A DNA stretch of 63,596 bases, counting the filler, from Choristocarpus tenellus KU-1152 (lineage: Eukaryota; Protista; Phaeophyceae), in assembly GCA_964200185.2 (NCBI GenBank). It is 9 parts of 9 records of this genome, joined end to end, with 100 filler letters (N's around TTAATTAATTAA, not from the genome) between each part and the next. Parts side by side here need not be neighbours in the genome. Positions count along the whole stretch, not along the records: positions 50,528 to 54,301 come from CAXNAD020017997.1; positions 54,402 to 57,392 come from CAXNAD020023090.1; positions 57,493 to 60,609 come from CAXNAD020022206.1; positions 60,710 to 63,596 come from CAXNAD020023917.1; 5 more parts are not named here. The stretch is one strand, 5' to 3'. The notes beneath the pieces were generated by a model that saw only the letters and a program-made list of their open reading frames with translations, had not been told where the DNA came from and made no database searches. Shown here piece by piece: positions 50,600 to 62,365 of the stretch; within the stretch, counting starts at the first letter, position 1, and every line of letters begins with the position of its first letter. The translations under genes were made by a program, and so were the position numbers.

Positions 50600-53285
50600 G
50601 GGGGGGTTGGGGGTAAGAGGGGTTTGGGACACAGGGACTCTGACTTTGATGGTATCCTGAAGGCGTACCTACGTTTGGCGAAGGAGGGAGGTACAGAGCT
50701 TGGTGGCTTTGGGGGACAGGGGGGGAGTGTGCTAATACCACTCGGAGGTCTTCGATTGCTGCGGTGAGAAATGTTCGACTGGATTTGCCTTGGGTCTGGG
50801 ATAGCATGACAGGCGGAGGAGTGTTTTGGAGGGTTTGGAGAGTGTTGGGAAGGCGGGGGTTGGGAATGTGGTTGTTGTTGTTGTTTGTGGTTTGGCTTTT
50901 GTTGTTGTGGTACTCTGTTGGTGCAGTGGGGTTGAGTGTTGTACGGAGTGCATGTCGTTTTGACAGTTGAGGGTGTACCTTGGTGTGATGGAGCTGTAAG
51001 AATCCTGTCACGTCCTGCATTTCCATCGGTTGCTCTAGAGCATATGTTGGTTGCTCTAGAGCATACCGGTAGATGTTTGCATAGAATCTCTGGGAGACTG
51101 CTGTGTAATATATTATATTTTTTATCCCCATGAAGACGTGGCTTTTTGGGTGTGTGCTGTACTATTCTACTTAGGGTTAGGGCGGTGACTTGAACGGTGC
51201 ATGTCAAAAGCCCTTCAACACATTTTGATTTTTTTTGTGGTAGTGCATAATTTACCTCTGGGTGGTCCACCTCTAAAGCTGAAATTGTGAACCAGTTTCC
51301 CATGCTTGCCTCTCCCCCATCACTCCGCTCTCAGTATAATAACTGTTCAAAATATTATAACTGGAGCAGTTACGAAAACTCTTTGTCAACGTTCTAAAGT
51401 GGAACACATACAACAACCTTGGCAGGCGGTTGTCCTTGGTCTCGGGTGGGCGCGCCCTTGTGCTTGTGGGGGATAAGGGGTACAGCAGCTGCAGAGAGAT
51501 GAAGGGACAAAGAAACCCTCACATTGCGTATCATGGCTCTCTGTCCTGCATGGTCAGTGGGTGACTTCTAGGAAAACATGATTTGGGATGACTCCGGATT
51601 GATATGTGTATATGTTTGTACTATGTGTTTTATTTTGTTTTTGTGTATATGTGTGTGTGTCTTGTTTAATTATTGGTGTGATGTACTGTGTGGAAGTACA
51701 TCAATCTGTATAGTACTGTCCACAGTGACTCACTCAATTATCTCAATTGTAACCCTAATATAAAGTGTAATGTAGTGACACATGTAATTTACTGATAGTG
51801 TCAATGTAGGGTATTAATTACCGTTATCAATATCGTTCATTGATAGTATCAGTAGTTGTATCAGTGGTTTGAATTGGTCCTTGTTTGTTCGTTTGGATGG
51901 CGTGTTTCCCCATACATAATTTGATTATATTTCTGTGTATGTGTCTTTATGCCATGCTTTTTGAGCAGGCTGAATTCACTTGATTTCTGACTGTCACGTT
52001 TTTAGCACACGCCTGGTGATAAATTGGAAACACTCCAACAATCGTAGATGTTACGACCATGAGCTAGACAAACCAGACTGGTTTTGTAAAAGAGCACTGG
52101 TAGATGCTTTATCAATCGGTCAAAATTGCTAACAGAACCAGTGTTCTTTGAATAGGGACCTTTTTCTGGGGAGGTTGCCAACTAATTAAGAAATTTCGTG
52201 ATTTTTATTCAAGTACGTTGGGAGTTGGTAGTCAGTAGAGCAGTATGGCGTTACGGTTATGTCTTTTTTTACTGCAAATGGTACAAAGAATTAACTTTAT
52301 GTACATCTTGTGTTGACTGATCCAAGAACCAAATTTAGGCACTGAACAGAAATAGCTACATTAGGCACAAACTTGTTTTGTCTTTTTTTTCAATATTGAG
52401 AAGGCTCTAGGGTTAGGGTAACCTTAACCCTAACCCTAACCCTAAATCCTTTCACAACCCCCCCCCCCCTCCTGATTTGTCTTGCTTGCTGTCATGTAAT
52501 CTGTGCTCCCTGGAAAGTTTCCTCATCTGTACCTGGGCTAGGGCTAGGGCTAGGGTTAGGGCTAGAGTTAGAGTTGAGTAGTATGGCAGGGTTACATGGT
52601 ATTGGTTGGACAAAGACGCAGCAGGGGATCGTTCATCTGTTTTTATGTGTGTATCTATGTATCTAAATTGGCATCTCTATCTGTATGTGTGTGTGTGTTT
52701 TGATATGTATGTATGTATTTATATATATATGTATATGTATATATGTGTATGTAAGGAAAGAGTACCGTGGTTGTAGCATGACATTTGAATACAGAAGGCG
52801 ATGTCACGATACTTTGAAGGAGTACCATGTAACACTCTGGTGCTTGAGTCCCTTGGTAGTTCAAGAACCGTACAAGTATCGCTGGTGAGGTGGCTTTCCG
52901 GACGAGGGTTGGACCGTTTTTTTGTTATTATTTTACCTTGTTGGTCTTGTTGAGCAAAGTTAGGGTTATAGGGTGATCTTACTTCCTGTTTCCTATTAAT
53001 ATTAGGGTTAGGGTTAGGGTTAGGGTTACTTTTGTCGGGCATTTTAACCAAGGGAAAGTACAATGGGCTGCCATCGATGATGTACTTGGTCCTCCTCTAC
53101 CTATCCACCTACCTACCTACCCATATCTCCTAAAGATCCCTCATGATTCCGTCAACCTTCAGGTGAACTTGGATGCTCTTAGTAGGTACACACATTTTCG
53201 AGGAGGGTTCAGCATGTGTTCTCCCTTCATGGAGGGATTCAAATGCCAGGCCTTGGTTTTTGGTATGGGGGAAGACTCCCTTGAG
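50600..53285 (+). CDS. Putative SAM-dependent methyltransferase-like protein (MidA-like/TPR-associated type), internal exons
   Basis: Exons about 50600-50763, 51426-51552 and 53163-53285 splice in frame to GILKAYLRL...SVLIPLGGLRLLRRLSLVSGGRALVLVGDKGYSSCREMKGQRNPHIAYHGSLSCMVNLDALSRYTHFRGGF. The GDKG...P.IA.HGS.S.MVN..A motif is recalled from a bacterial/protist methyltransferase family and was not verified by search. Confidence 0.6.
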
Positions 53286-53596
53286 GTGAGAGAATTTTTG
53301 CTATGCCAGAAGCATGAAGTAGTTATGAAGCATGAAGCAGTACAAAGTATGAAGAATGAGGGATGAGGGCAACATGGACATTGATGACTTCAATTTATTT
53401 TGTTGTCTGGGTTATATCTTGGTGTGCTTTTTTCCCGAAAGTCCATGGTCTGTTCACAAGTTCACTTGGACCCTAGAAGTATTTTCCTGGGTTAGGGGTA
53501 GTAACAGATTGTTGAGGTACTCCATTATGTAGTAGATATGGGATTAGGGTTAGGGGTTGATGGATCAGTGTCCTGAAGCGTGGTGGGTAGAAGCAG

Positions 53597-54030
53597 TCCC
53601 TCATATCAATAAGAAAAATAAGAATTTGCTAGAGTACCTATCACTCCCTCATATCAATAAGAACAATAAGAATTTGCTAGAGTACTTATCAATCCCTCAT
53701 ATCAATAAGAACAATAAGAATTTGCTAGAGTACCTATCACTCCCTCATATCAATAAGAACAATAAGAATTTACTTGAGTACTTATCAATCCCTCATATCA
53801 ATAAGAACAATAAGAATTTACTAGAGTACCTATCACTCCCTCATATCAATAAGAATAATAAGAATTTACTTGAGTACTTATCAATCCCTCATATCAATAA
53901 GAACAATAAGAATTTACTAGAGTACTTATCAATCCCTCATATATCAATAAGAATAATAAGAATTTACTAGATTACCTATGATTCCATCACATCAATAATA
54001 ACAACTAGAATTTACTAGAGTAACCTATCT
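53597..54030. repeat. 48-bp minisatellite, about 8-9 units, degenerating at the 3' end
   Basis: Unit CCCTCATATCAATAAGAACAATAAGAATTT(G/A)CTAGAGTAC(C/T)TATCA(C/A)T repeated in tandem. Confidence 0.95.
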
Positions 54031-54920
54031 ATCTGTTGGGAGTGTTGAGATTCTCTGTTCTTTTGATAGGATGTCAATTGAAACCTTACTGTTCTACAGC
54101 TTACGTACTCTGTTTCTACTGGCTAGCTAAGGGGTTTTGTAGTTGTCTGCCAGGCGTTATGTTCACCCCTAGTCTACCTCTCAACGGATTGAGAGCACCC
54201 TTCGAGTCGGGTCCTGTTGGATCAAAGTATCTGGGGGGGGGGGGGGGTGTCAGTGTCCGTTTTTCACCCATTTTTCGATTTTCACTTTTTTTGGTTTGGT
54301 TNNNNNNNNNNNNNNNNNNNNNNNNNNNNNNNNNNNNNNNNNNNNTTAATTAATTAANNNNNNNNNNNNNNNNNNNNNNNNNNNNNNNNNNNNNNNNNNN
54401 NATGAAATGCTTATAAGAAGGGGGGGCTCTGGGGGGGTAGTTGATTGCCGTTGGTGGTGCAACCCTGACTCATTACAGAAGAGTACTGTGGTTTTCCACT
54501 TACCACATGATAATGCAAGGAATCTTGATAAGAAAAAGATAAAAAATATACAATCAAATGAAAAAATTAGAAGGGAGCATATTAACAAACCTGCACATTT
54601 GTCACAGCGTTAAATCTCCTCAAGGTGAACCTGGGCCAGGCTGAAATCTTCCTCAGCACAAATAGCTTAAATAGAATGGGACAGTCTTATCTCCAGCAAG
54701 CGGAATGGCACCGACGGACCTGTGGATTTTATGCCATAGTTCGATGCTCTTTTCCCTCCCCTTCCACCATGGAGAAATATCATCGAGGTATTTCCAATAT
54801 TGCAACTTCAGTATCCTGTATTGTTTCCACCATTGCGTGTACTGAAATTGATCTTCGTGAACGTACTAAATTCTGAGCGTCGAAAGCAACACGGCCCTAC
54901 ATTTTTTTTTTGGTCCTCAC

Positions 54921-55465
54921 CCTAAAGTCTGCATCCTCTTCTTCGTCCGCCTTGGATACGAAGTGCATGGATACTGAGAGCGGATCCCGCATTGATGTCT
55001 CTTTCCTCGCTGCCGAAACAGCCATAGCCATCAGGTAGCCTCCATTGGGGGCATCCCCAATGCTCCATCTAAAGCATGTGGGTGTGGTCGCGGAATGCAG
55101 TAGTTCGGTACGGAGACAGGGTTTCACAGTACAGTCCCTTTTGTCACACCCAACGAAACTGTTGAAACCTTTAACTTTTCCATGGCCAAGACATGGTCAA
55201 AGGATGGAGTATTCGAACACAAGAACCAAACCTTACCACTGCAAATAAAACAAGTGGCCAGGGGCAGAAAATATCGTTCATAGGCTCCAACATTTGACTG
55301 TAAATGACCGCACCTATTGGAGATATGACCACGATGAAGGCCCTGAGACAAAGTCTGGAGGGAAGTATCCGTGTCGAAGGCACTGTTCCCAGTATACCTT
55401 CGCCCCTTGGATACGGGTGAGAGCATACGACGGCAAGGGGTACATATAGAGGTCATAATCCTCAT
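54921..55465 (-). CDS. HotDog-fold acyl-CoA thioesterase-like protein (TesB-like N-terminal domain), first two exons
   Basis: Exons 55465-55314 and 55068-54921 give ...SAFDTDTSLQ...HRGHISNRWSIGDAPNGGYLMAMAVSAARKETSMRDPLSVSMHFVS. W.IG..PNGGY and P.S.S.HF are typical of this family. The R/S-rich leader resembles a mitochondrial presequence. Confidence 0.82.
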
Positions 55466-55799
55466 CTGTCCTCCAAATATCCGACAATTTAACTCGACTC
55501 AGTTCTTACTACTACTGTTTCTGTTTGGCATGGTTTAGCGATTACGAATTAGGGTTATGGTTGTTGAAGTCAAAACTGCTATAGCTCTGGGCGCCCAGGG
55601 GCATGTCAATATTTCAAATAATTAAATCATATGTGTTGGTTGTTGAACATTGAGAGAATGGAGTTTCTGGGTTGGAAGGCGTTCTTGAGACATCTACAAC
55701 AATAGTAGCAGTACTTTTACGAGCAATAAACTATGTTCACCCTACTCTAATGATATCCCCATTACGACTGGTTGAACAAGGTCGAAAAGTGGGAGAGGC

Positions 55800-56808
55800 A
55801 TGGCAAGAATAGCCTGGGGTTCCAGGAGAAAACATTTTCATCAATTACCACCTACCGCTGCTGTAACGGCGGCCTATCTCACACTTTCTGGCTCTCAAGG
55901 AGTGCCTGCCATGTTTTGGCCCTTGTCAACCGCACTCTCTACGGTGACCCGACAATCTGCGTTCTTGTCCGCTCCTAGTTCCTCTTGGCTTCGTAGTAGC
56001 CATCGACATGGCGTGGCAAGGGCAAAGAAATGCTCTAGAGCAGGCGGTGTGATGGTGACGCAATCAGGAGGGACTGTCACCAACCATATCGAGGGCCGAA
56101 TGGGTGGATGTGATCGTTCATCTTCCAGACCTTGGCGATGGGCGTGTCTACTGAACGAAGGAAATGCTCTAGACTGCTGGTGAGTTGGAAGGTGTTCTAT
56201 CGACTGTGGTAGTGAGGTTATCATAGTACGTGCTGTAGGACTTATTTCGACTAGAGACCTTCCAATGACACTTTTATGTGCTCGAGGTATAGTAGACAAT
56301 TTCTAATACTACATCATATTTCATTGACCACACCTTCGCCAATTGACGGAGTCAATGCCTAGTGACGTGCCTCTCTTGTAAGACCCTTCTCCTCTCTAAT
56401 CTACCCACTCTCCTCAAGATTCGCCATGGGATCTTCTGAAGCCCCCTCTTCCCACGACCTGTTTTCAATTGTCGCACCTTCTAATGATTCAGTATCCGAA
56501 GTCTATACAAGTCTAGTGTTGGATGTCTTTTATGATTGAATTGCCACTATAGGGGTGCTTTTGAGGACGCACCCACGCTCGCGCACACGCACTACACACA
56601 GGCAATCACACCACTGCCCCCTGTCAATACTCAACCCGTGGTCGAATCCTCTCAATCCAGGCAAAGCCCAACCACCCGAGTGTGGAAGAGGTCTTTGGTA
56701 GTGAGGGCTGGTAGTGAGGACTCCAGAGATTGTTCTGAGTCTGAGCTCGAGGCAGCCCTAGACGACTTGAGTTACCAGGAGTTGCAAGCAATGGCCAAGG
56801 ATAGCGGG
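55800..56808 (+). CDS. Probable organelle-targeted protein with Rho-N/SAP-like helical motif, first two exons
   Basis: Exons 55800-56179 and 56553-56808 join in phase 2. The leader contains SAFLSAPSSS (ASAFAP-like) and is followed by an R/S-rich stretch. Exon 2 ends in LDDLSYQELQAMAKDSG at a GTGAG donor. Confidence 0.55.
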
Positions 56809-57569
56809 GTGAGCTTTACTCCAACAAGTTGGCATCATATTGGGAACAAGAGAACTTGAACGGCCTATTCTAGAGTTTGGGCAATGTTTGGGCTCAAAGT
56901 TGGCAGTAGTGCAGAGCTTTAAGCAGGGTTGCCCTCAGCAGAATCAAAGGAGCATTTGATATCCTTAGTATAGACTTGTGATGGACGAATATGGTCATAT
57001 ACAAGATGCAACACGATTAAGCATTTATTCCTCCAGGTTGGAACAGGGGATGTTTTTTCTGGGTCAACGCATGGTATTGAGGACAAGTTTGAGATGCCAC
57101 ATGGAGAATTGGGAAAACAGAGCCATCTAGTATCCTGGGGTGCAGTACTGTGTTGAGTTCCGATCTTCATATGCCATTGGTACCTCCCTTCCATCACCAA
57201 TCCCCCACCCACCCCCTTTCCTGATATTTGCTGTAATGCTGCCCCTTTTCCCCCTCCTTTTTTACGTCAATCTTGATACAGTAAACATACGTAAATCTGC
57301 ACCTGCTGTTATTTTGCTCCCCCCCCCTCCCCCCCCCCCCCCCCCCCCCCCCCCACCAACACCCACGCTACAGTCGGCGCTCCTAGCTCCACNNNNNNNN
57401 NNNNNNNNNNNNNNNNNNNNNNNNNNNNNNNNNNNNTTAATTAATTAANNNNNNNNNNNNNNNNNNNNNNNNNNNNNNNNNNNNNNNNNNNNATTACACT
57501 CTCCCATTTTTGACGTCACCATCGTCCCCTCCCCTCCTCATCGACGTCCTCCACGGTCTCCACTACTAG

Positions 57570-60555
57570 ATTATCGAGAAGGACTCGGCTCTACGCGCTT
57601 TCCTCACCACCTGGGATGGTAAATACCAGGATGTACTCAACCAGGTCAACCTCCACCAGGTTCACAGCGGGCGGGGCTGTGATGGCGGCGGCACAGAAGT
57701 TGAGAGCAAGAACGGATCGGCATCAGATGACCGTGAGAAAGAAGACAAGGGAGGGCGCGAACACCAAGGAGGGGATGGAGACGAGGGAGGGGACGAACAC
57801 AAAGGAGGGGACAAAGACGAGGGAGGGAACGGACTGCCAGACAGGGAGGATACGGGCGAAGGGGGTTCTGTCAGCAGTGTTCCTGGTGCAGAAGAAGAAC
57901 AAAACGAAGAGGGAGGGTGGAACGCGGGCATTTGCTGTACTGAATGCAATCCTCCACCTACGTCTCGGTGAGTAATGTAGTTGTAACGGTGCACATGTAG
58001 GGCAGAGTGTAATTAATAGCGTAAGATTGGTTTCCGTCCAATCCCCCGAACGGATAGATACGTTTTATCTTTTCAGCGGCACACACCATTGAATCCATGG
58101 TATGTTGTGGGGTTCCTCTATATGCGGCGTTGCGGTCGCCACAACCACGTCTCTTTATTTGCCACTGTCCGATTTGTGTGTTAATGCATGTACATCACCG
58201 ACTGTTGTATCTCACCTGTACTACTTCGTACTGTTTTGCGCGACCAATTTCGTGGTCCTTTGTAACCATGGATCCCCGCGTTGCGTTGTTGTCCCAATTA
58301 ATGATCTGGAAAAATACTATACTGTCTGTTTAACGCTCTGATTTGATGACACGCGCGACAGGTATTCATGCCCAAAGTGCTCCATCACGCATATGGGCAA
58401 GTGTGCCTACGCGGAGATTAGAGACGGCGAGAGGCACAAGGATCGATTATGTATCAAATGCCCCATAGCACAGGAGGGCAGTGAAGGGTCTGGATCGGTG
58501 GGGAACAAAGCGGCGGGTCAGGGCAGGGGCAAGGGCAAGGGCAAGGGTAAGGCTCGCGCAAGGAGCACGGCCAGGTCACCCACGATGCAAAGCCTTTTAC
58601 GTCCCCCCTCACACAGCGAAACGGCCGACATGGAGAAGTGCATGTGGTTCTCGGCGTGGTTGCACATTATACAGACACACAAGTCGTCTCTGCGTATTTA
58701 TTTCCGCGTTGGTTTGCACATAGGTCTTGGCAGCTTGTACATCATGTGGATTGCTCGTCCTTGGTAACTTGGATGTGTCGCTCTTTTGGAGGGTTCCATG
58801 GGCCATGGAACTTAGTGTTTTGACGTGTACCCTCCTTCCACGAGATGTATCTAATGAGTCTGGCATTGTGGAGGGTACGGCATGACATTTTGGAGATGCC
58901 GTGGAAATATTGTCTGGAACTCACTTAATGAAAAGATTGCCTGCACCGTAGCTTACTATGCCGTCCTTCTTGTCGTGCTGTCTGTCTACTGTGTCGTGTG
59001 TCATGATGTCCAAGTAGGAGTGAGAACACTGCACTACACGACCTTCGCCCTCTCGACCCTACGGTATCCTTAGATAAACTTGGTGATTTCGCCTTCCGCA
59101 AAGCACCAAAGCTCGCCATAGTGTCCATTGCCGCCGAGCCAAGACTCCTCATCGACGAAGAGGTGACCAACACACACCTGCGCGAGATGCTTCAGTGCTT
59201 GCGGCCTAAGATGCATCCTCAGGGCACCATCACACTCATTGTGCCCCACCCGTGGAAGGCGCAATTACACCGCCTAATAGGTGGGTTGCAGAGTTTGCAA
59301 GTGCTGGAATACGGGGTATATTGCGGGAGACCGATGCATCGGGTGGCCGTTATCATTCCGTCCGTGTGCCGATCGAATATTGTGCGACCGTTCAGGAGAT
59401 GCGGATTAGGTCGTGTGTATTCCTTTTTCACTTTCCCCATGTTGTTTCATGTCCTTCGTACCTTCTACTTCCTTTTGTGTCGCTTGCTCTTTCCCCCTGG
59501 CAACTACGTACTTCTTTGTTTCATTATCCGCAAATCGCATGCTGGCGTTACTCGTCTTTACTATATTGTTTTTGCCATATTTATTTCTATTATTACTTCA
59601 TTTCCTATTGTTTGTAACTTTTTCATTGGTTATTTGCCTTGCGTTCCACACTCATTGTACTATTATACTGTTAGTGGTATGAGATTTCATGAATCCCTAC
59701 GATAACTACTTGTGTGATGTCACTGTCAAGTTTGACGCATGCCGGACCCACGCACTCGCTCCCGCCTTCTCTTCATTCAGAGGCTCTTACTGCGTCGAAG
59801 GTGGGGTTGAATGTGGAGGATCATCCCCTAACCCTAATATACAAGACGAGGAGGGGGGGGCATCCTCAATTAGGCACAGATAACCATCTCAGATGTTGTC
59901 AGGACATGATTCTTCTCGCGCACAATGATGGGACAATGCTCACATGCAATAAGCAAGTCACCGTCGACGACATCTTTGGCCACGGGCGTGATACATCTCC
60001 TCCGGTACTCCAAACCATGTTGGACGTCGAATACGAAGGTGCTGCCTCGGACGTCCACATGAGGGCCATCCACTTCCTCCTTAACAGGTTCGTTAATAAT
60101 GTCACACACATCCTTCTTCACAGAAGCAGCGACTTTTTTTTGTATAGGTGTAGGACATCGTTAAACAGTAACAGAATGAGCTGGGTGACGGTTCATGGGC
60201 GTCAATCCATCCCACGAGTTTGTTTCCCAAATCGGTATGTTAAGCGTCAAAACGCACCAAGAGTGTGTTGCCCTGTATCGGAACGTTACTCATACATTGG
60301 GACATGATGAATCCGTGCACAATACAATATACCACGTTAGGGCTAATTTACGAACTGCCCTCTGATGATAGGTACACGAATGCTGGGGACACCGTCGTCT
60401 CCTACAGCGCCGCAGAGAGGCACAATGTGGTGGAGGTGACCCTTGAACGGAGCAGGAGGGTGGAGGTGTTCGTGTCCAACGCGGCGTCAAAGGACGAGGT
60501 GAAAGAGAAGATGGACATGTCCTTCGGCCAAGCCTACAAGGACGGCAAGTGGAAG
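57570..60555 (+). CDS. PHD-like finger plus beta-class N6/N4 DNA-methyltransferase-like protein (partial, 6 exons, about 487 codons open)
   Basis: Exons 57570-57967, 58362-58643, 58792-58874, 59074-59280, 59781-60087, 60372-60555 are phase compatible with no stop. C4HC3 pattern CTEC..CPKC...H...C..CIKC is followed by LREMLQCLRPKMHPQGTITLIV, LTLIYK..QDMILLAH and IHFLLNRYTNAGDTVV...VTLERSRRVEVF. The gene model is seen directly; the domain identity is motif-level inference. Confidence 0.65.
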
Positions 60556-62094
60556 GTAAGAAGGATGTGCTGGCTTTTTTTTTGCCATTGCTTTCCAACT
60601 TGCTGTCTGNNNNNNNNNNNNNNNNNNNNNNNNNNNNNNNNNNNNNNNNNNNNTTAATTAATTAANNNNNNNNNNNNNNNNNNNNNNNNNNNNNNNNNNN
60701 NNNNNNNNNGGGGTTGGGGGGTTGGGGGTGGGGGGGGGGGGTGCGCGGGGGTGTGGGGGGGGTGGGGGGGGGAGTGGGGGAGGGGGGGGGGAAAGGCGTC
60801 CGCAAAGGAGGCAGTGCAGTACTGAATAAGAATCTTTTTGGTTGATAAACTGTGAAGCATTCCATTTGATACGGTCAATGCGGTTCAATAACCAAGCCGG
60901 AAGACAGTGACGTCACTCACCTCGTCAAACACAAACGACGAGTCCATTGGAAGGCTTTTATTATGCACCTGTTGTTTTTTCTTTTTCTTTTTCTTTTTTT
61001 GCCCCCCTCAAGAGTACAATCCGACACTAAAGGAACAAGTCACCAAATGAGATGACAGTTAAAACCATCCGAGCCAACAGGGGGACTGATTCTGACGTCC
61101 TTCGGAAGCTCTTAGCAAAACACACGGTACCCACCTCCCAAAAACTGTAAAAAAAACAAACTCAAGAGGGCGTGGCTGCAGAAGAAAAGACTGTGAACAC
61201 ATCCTCAGCCAAAATTACTGCCTTTCCATGGTGGTCAAAACGTGTGTACCACAACAAGGGAGTCATAGCAACACGTCCCTCTTTTACGTGGAATCTCTCA
61301 AAACACGTCCCCTCAAAAACACCAAAAATAGTTTTTTACTACACTACCTACACAAGCACTTTTTTAAAAATTGTTTTTGTCTATTCCTCTGAGATTTTTT
61401 TTTTAACAGAAATAAAAAAGCATCCCAACTCTTTCCGCGAAGAACATCCGAACAAACCCAACGCATCATATTATACAACTCCTTAGCCTGGTTGCAACCT
61501 GCTCCTTCATCTATACCCCCCCCACACCCCCCACCCNNNNNNNNNNCCCCCCCCGATCAAAGTACCTCAAAGAACAGACCCCTCCATTCTCCAAAAAAAT
61601 GGGAGGAAGTTCAAGCGCCAAGAACTTCACTACTGCTTTTAAAACACCAAACAAAAAGAACCAATAATGTTTTATACAGACATTGCAGTACGAGTGGAGT
61701 AGCACTCAAAGTGTACTACTTGAATAAATCTTTCTTCACCTCATTTTCACAGGGGATAAATTTCCCGGAACGGAATTTTTACCCGAGAGCCATTGAAGGG
61801 ACAACCTCCCCCCCCCCCCACACCCCCCCCCCCCGCTCCCACCNNNNNNNNNNTGTTCCCCCAACGCACCGGAGGGGGCCACACCCCCCCCCCCCCCCCC
61901 CCCCCGATGCATCTGGCCTGGCTTTGCAGGGACTCATGGCTAACCCTAACCCTAACCCACTCTGTTGTGGTCCCTCGAAATAAAGTAACCAGGGGTGTAT
62001 GCAAAACAGCTGGCTTATCCTGGCGCCATACTCTACCTCAAAATCAACAGTTAATCAATCCATTGTTCACACTACCCCACCGCTACCCTACCAA

Positions 62095-62100
62095 TCAATA

Positions 62101-62133
<33 letters not shown>

Positions 62134-62222
62134 GCAATAATAATTATAATAACAACAACAATAACAACAACAACAATATTAATAAAAACAATAACAACAA
62201 TAACAAAAATAACAATGATGAT
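62095..62222. repeat. Compound (AAT)n/(AAC)n microsatellite
   Basis: Visible directly. Confidence 0.9.
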
Positions 62223-62365
62223 GCACTACCGCTGCAGTGCCCAAACTAGAAAAGACCTCCGCGGGAGACACATGATGAACGTTACTTCCATAACCCCAGT
62301 ACCCCAGTACCCGTCACGCCCAGACCCCTCCATGTCCCCTCTGTTCTTTTTCTCATTTTTTTAAC

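Noticed and set aside
50472-51303. Long Pro/Gln-rich minus-strand ORFs
   Set aside because: Antisense read-through of poly-G and (TTG)n low-complexity sequence; the real exon is on +.
53557-53970. CRISPR-like array or 137-aa repeat protein
   Set aside because: No unique spacers, so it is a plain tandem repeat. The ORF lacks a true ATG context or splice support and probably lies in an intron.
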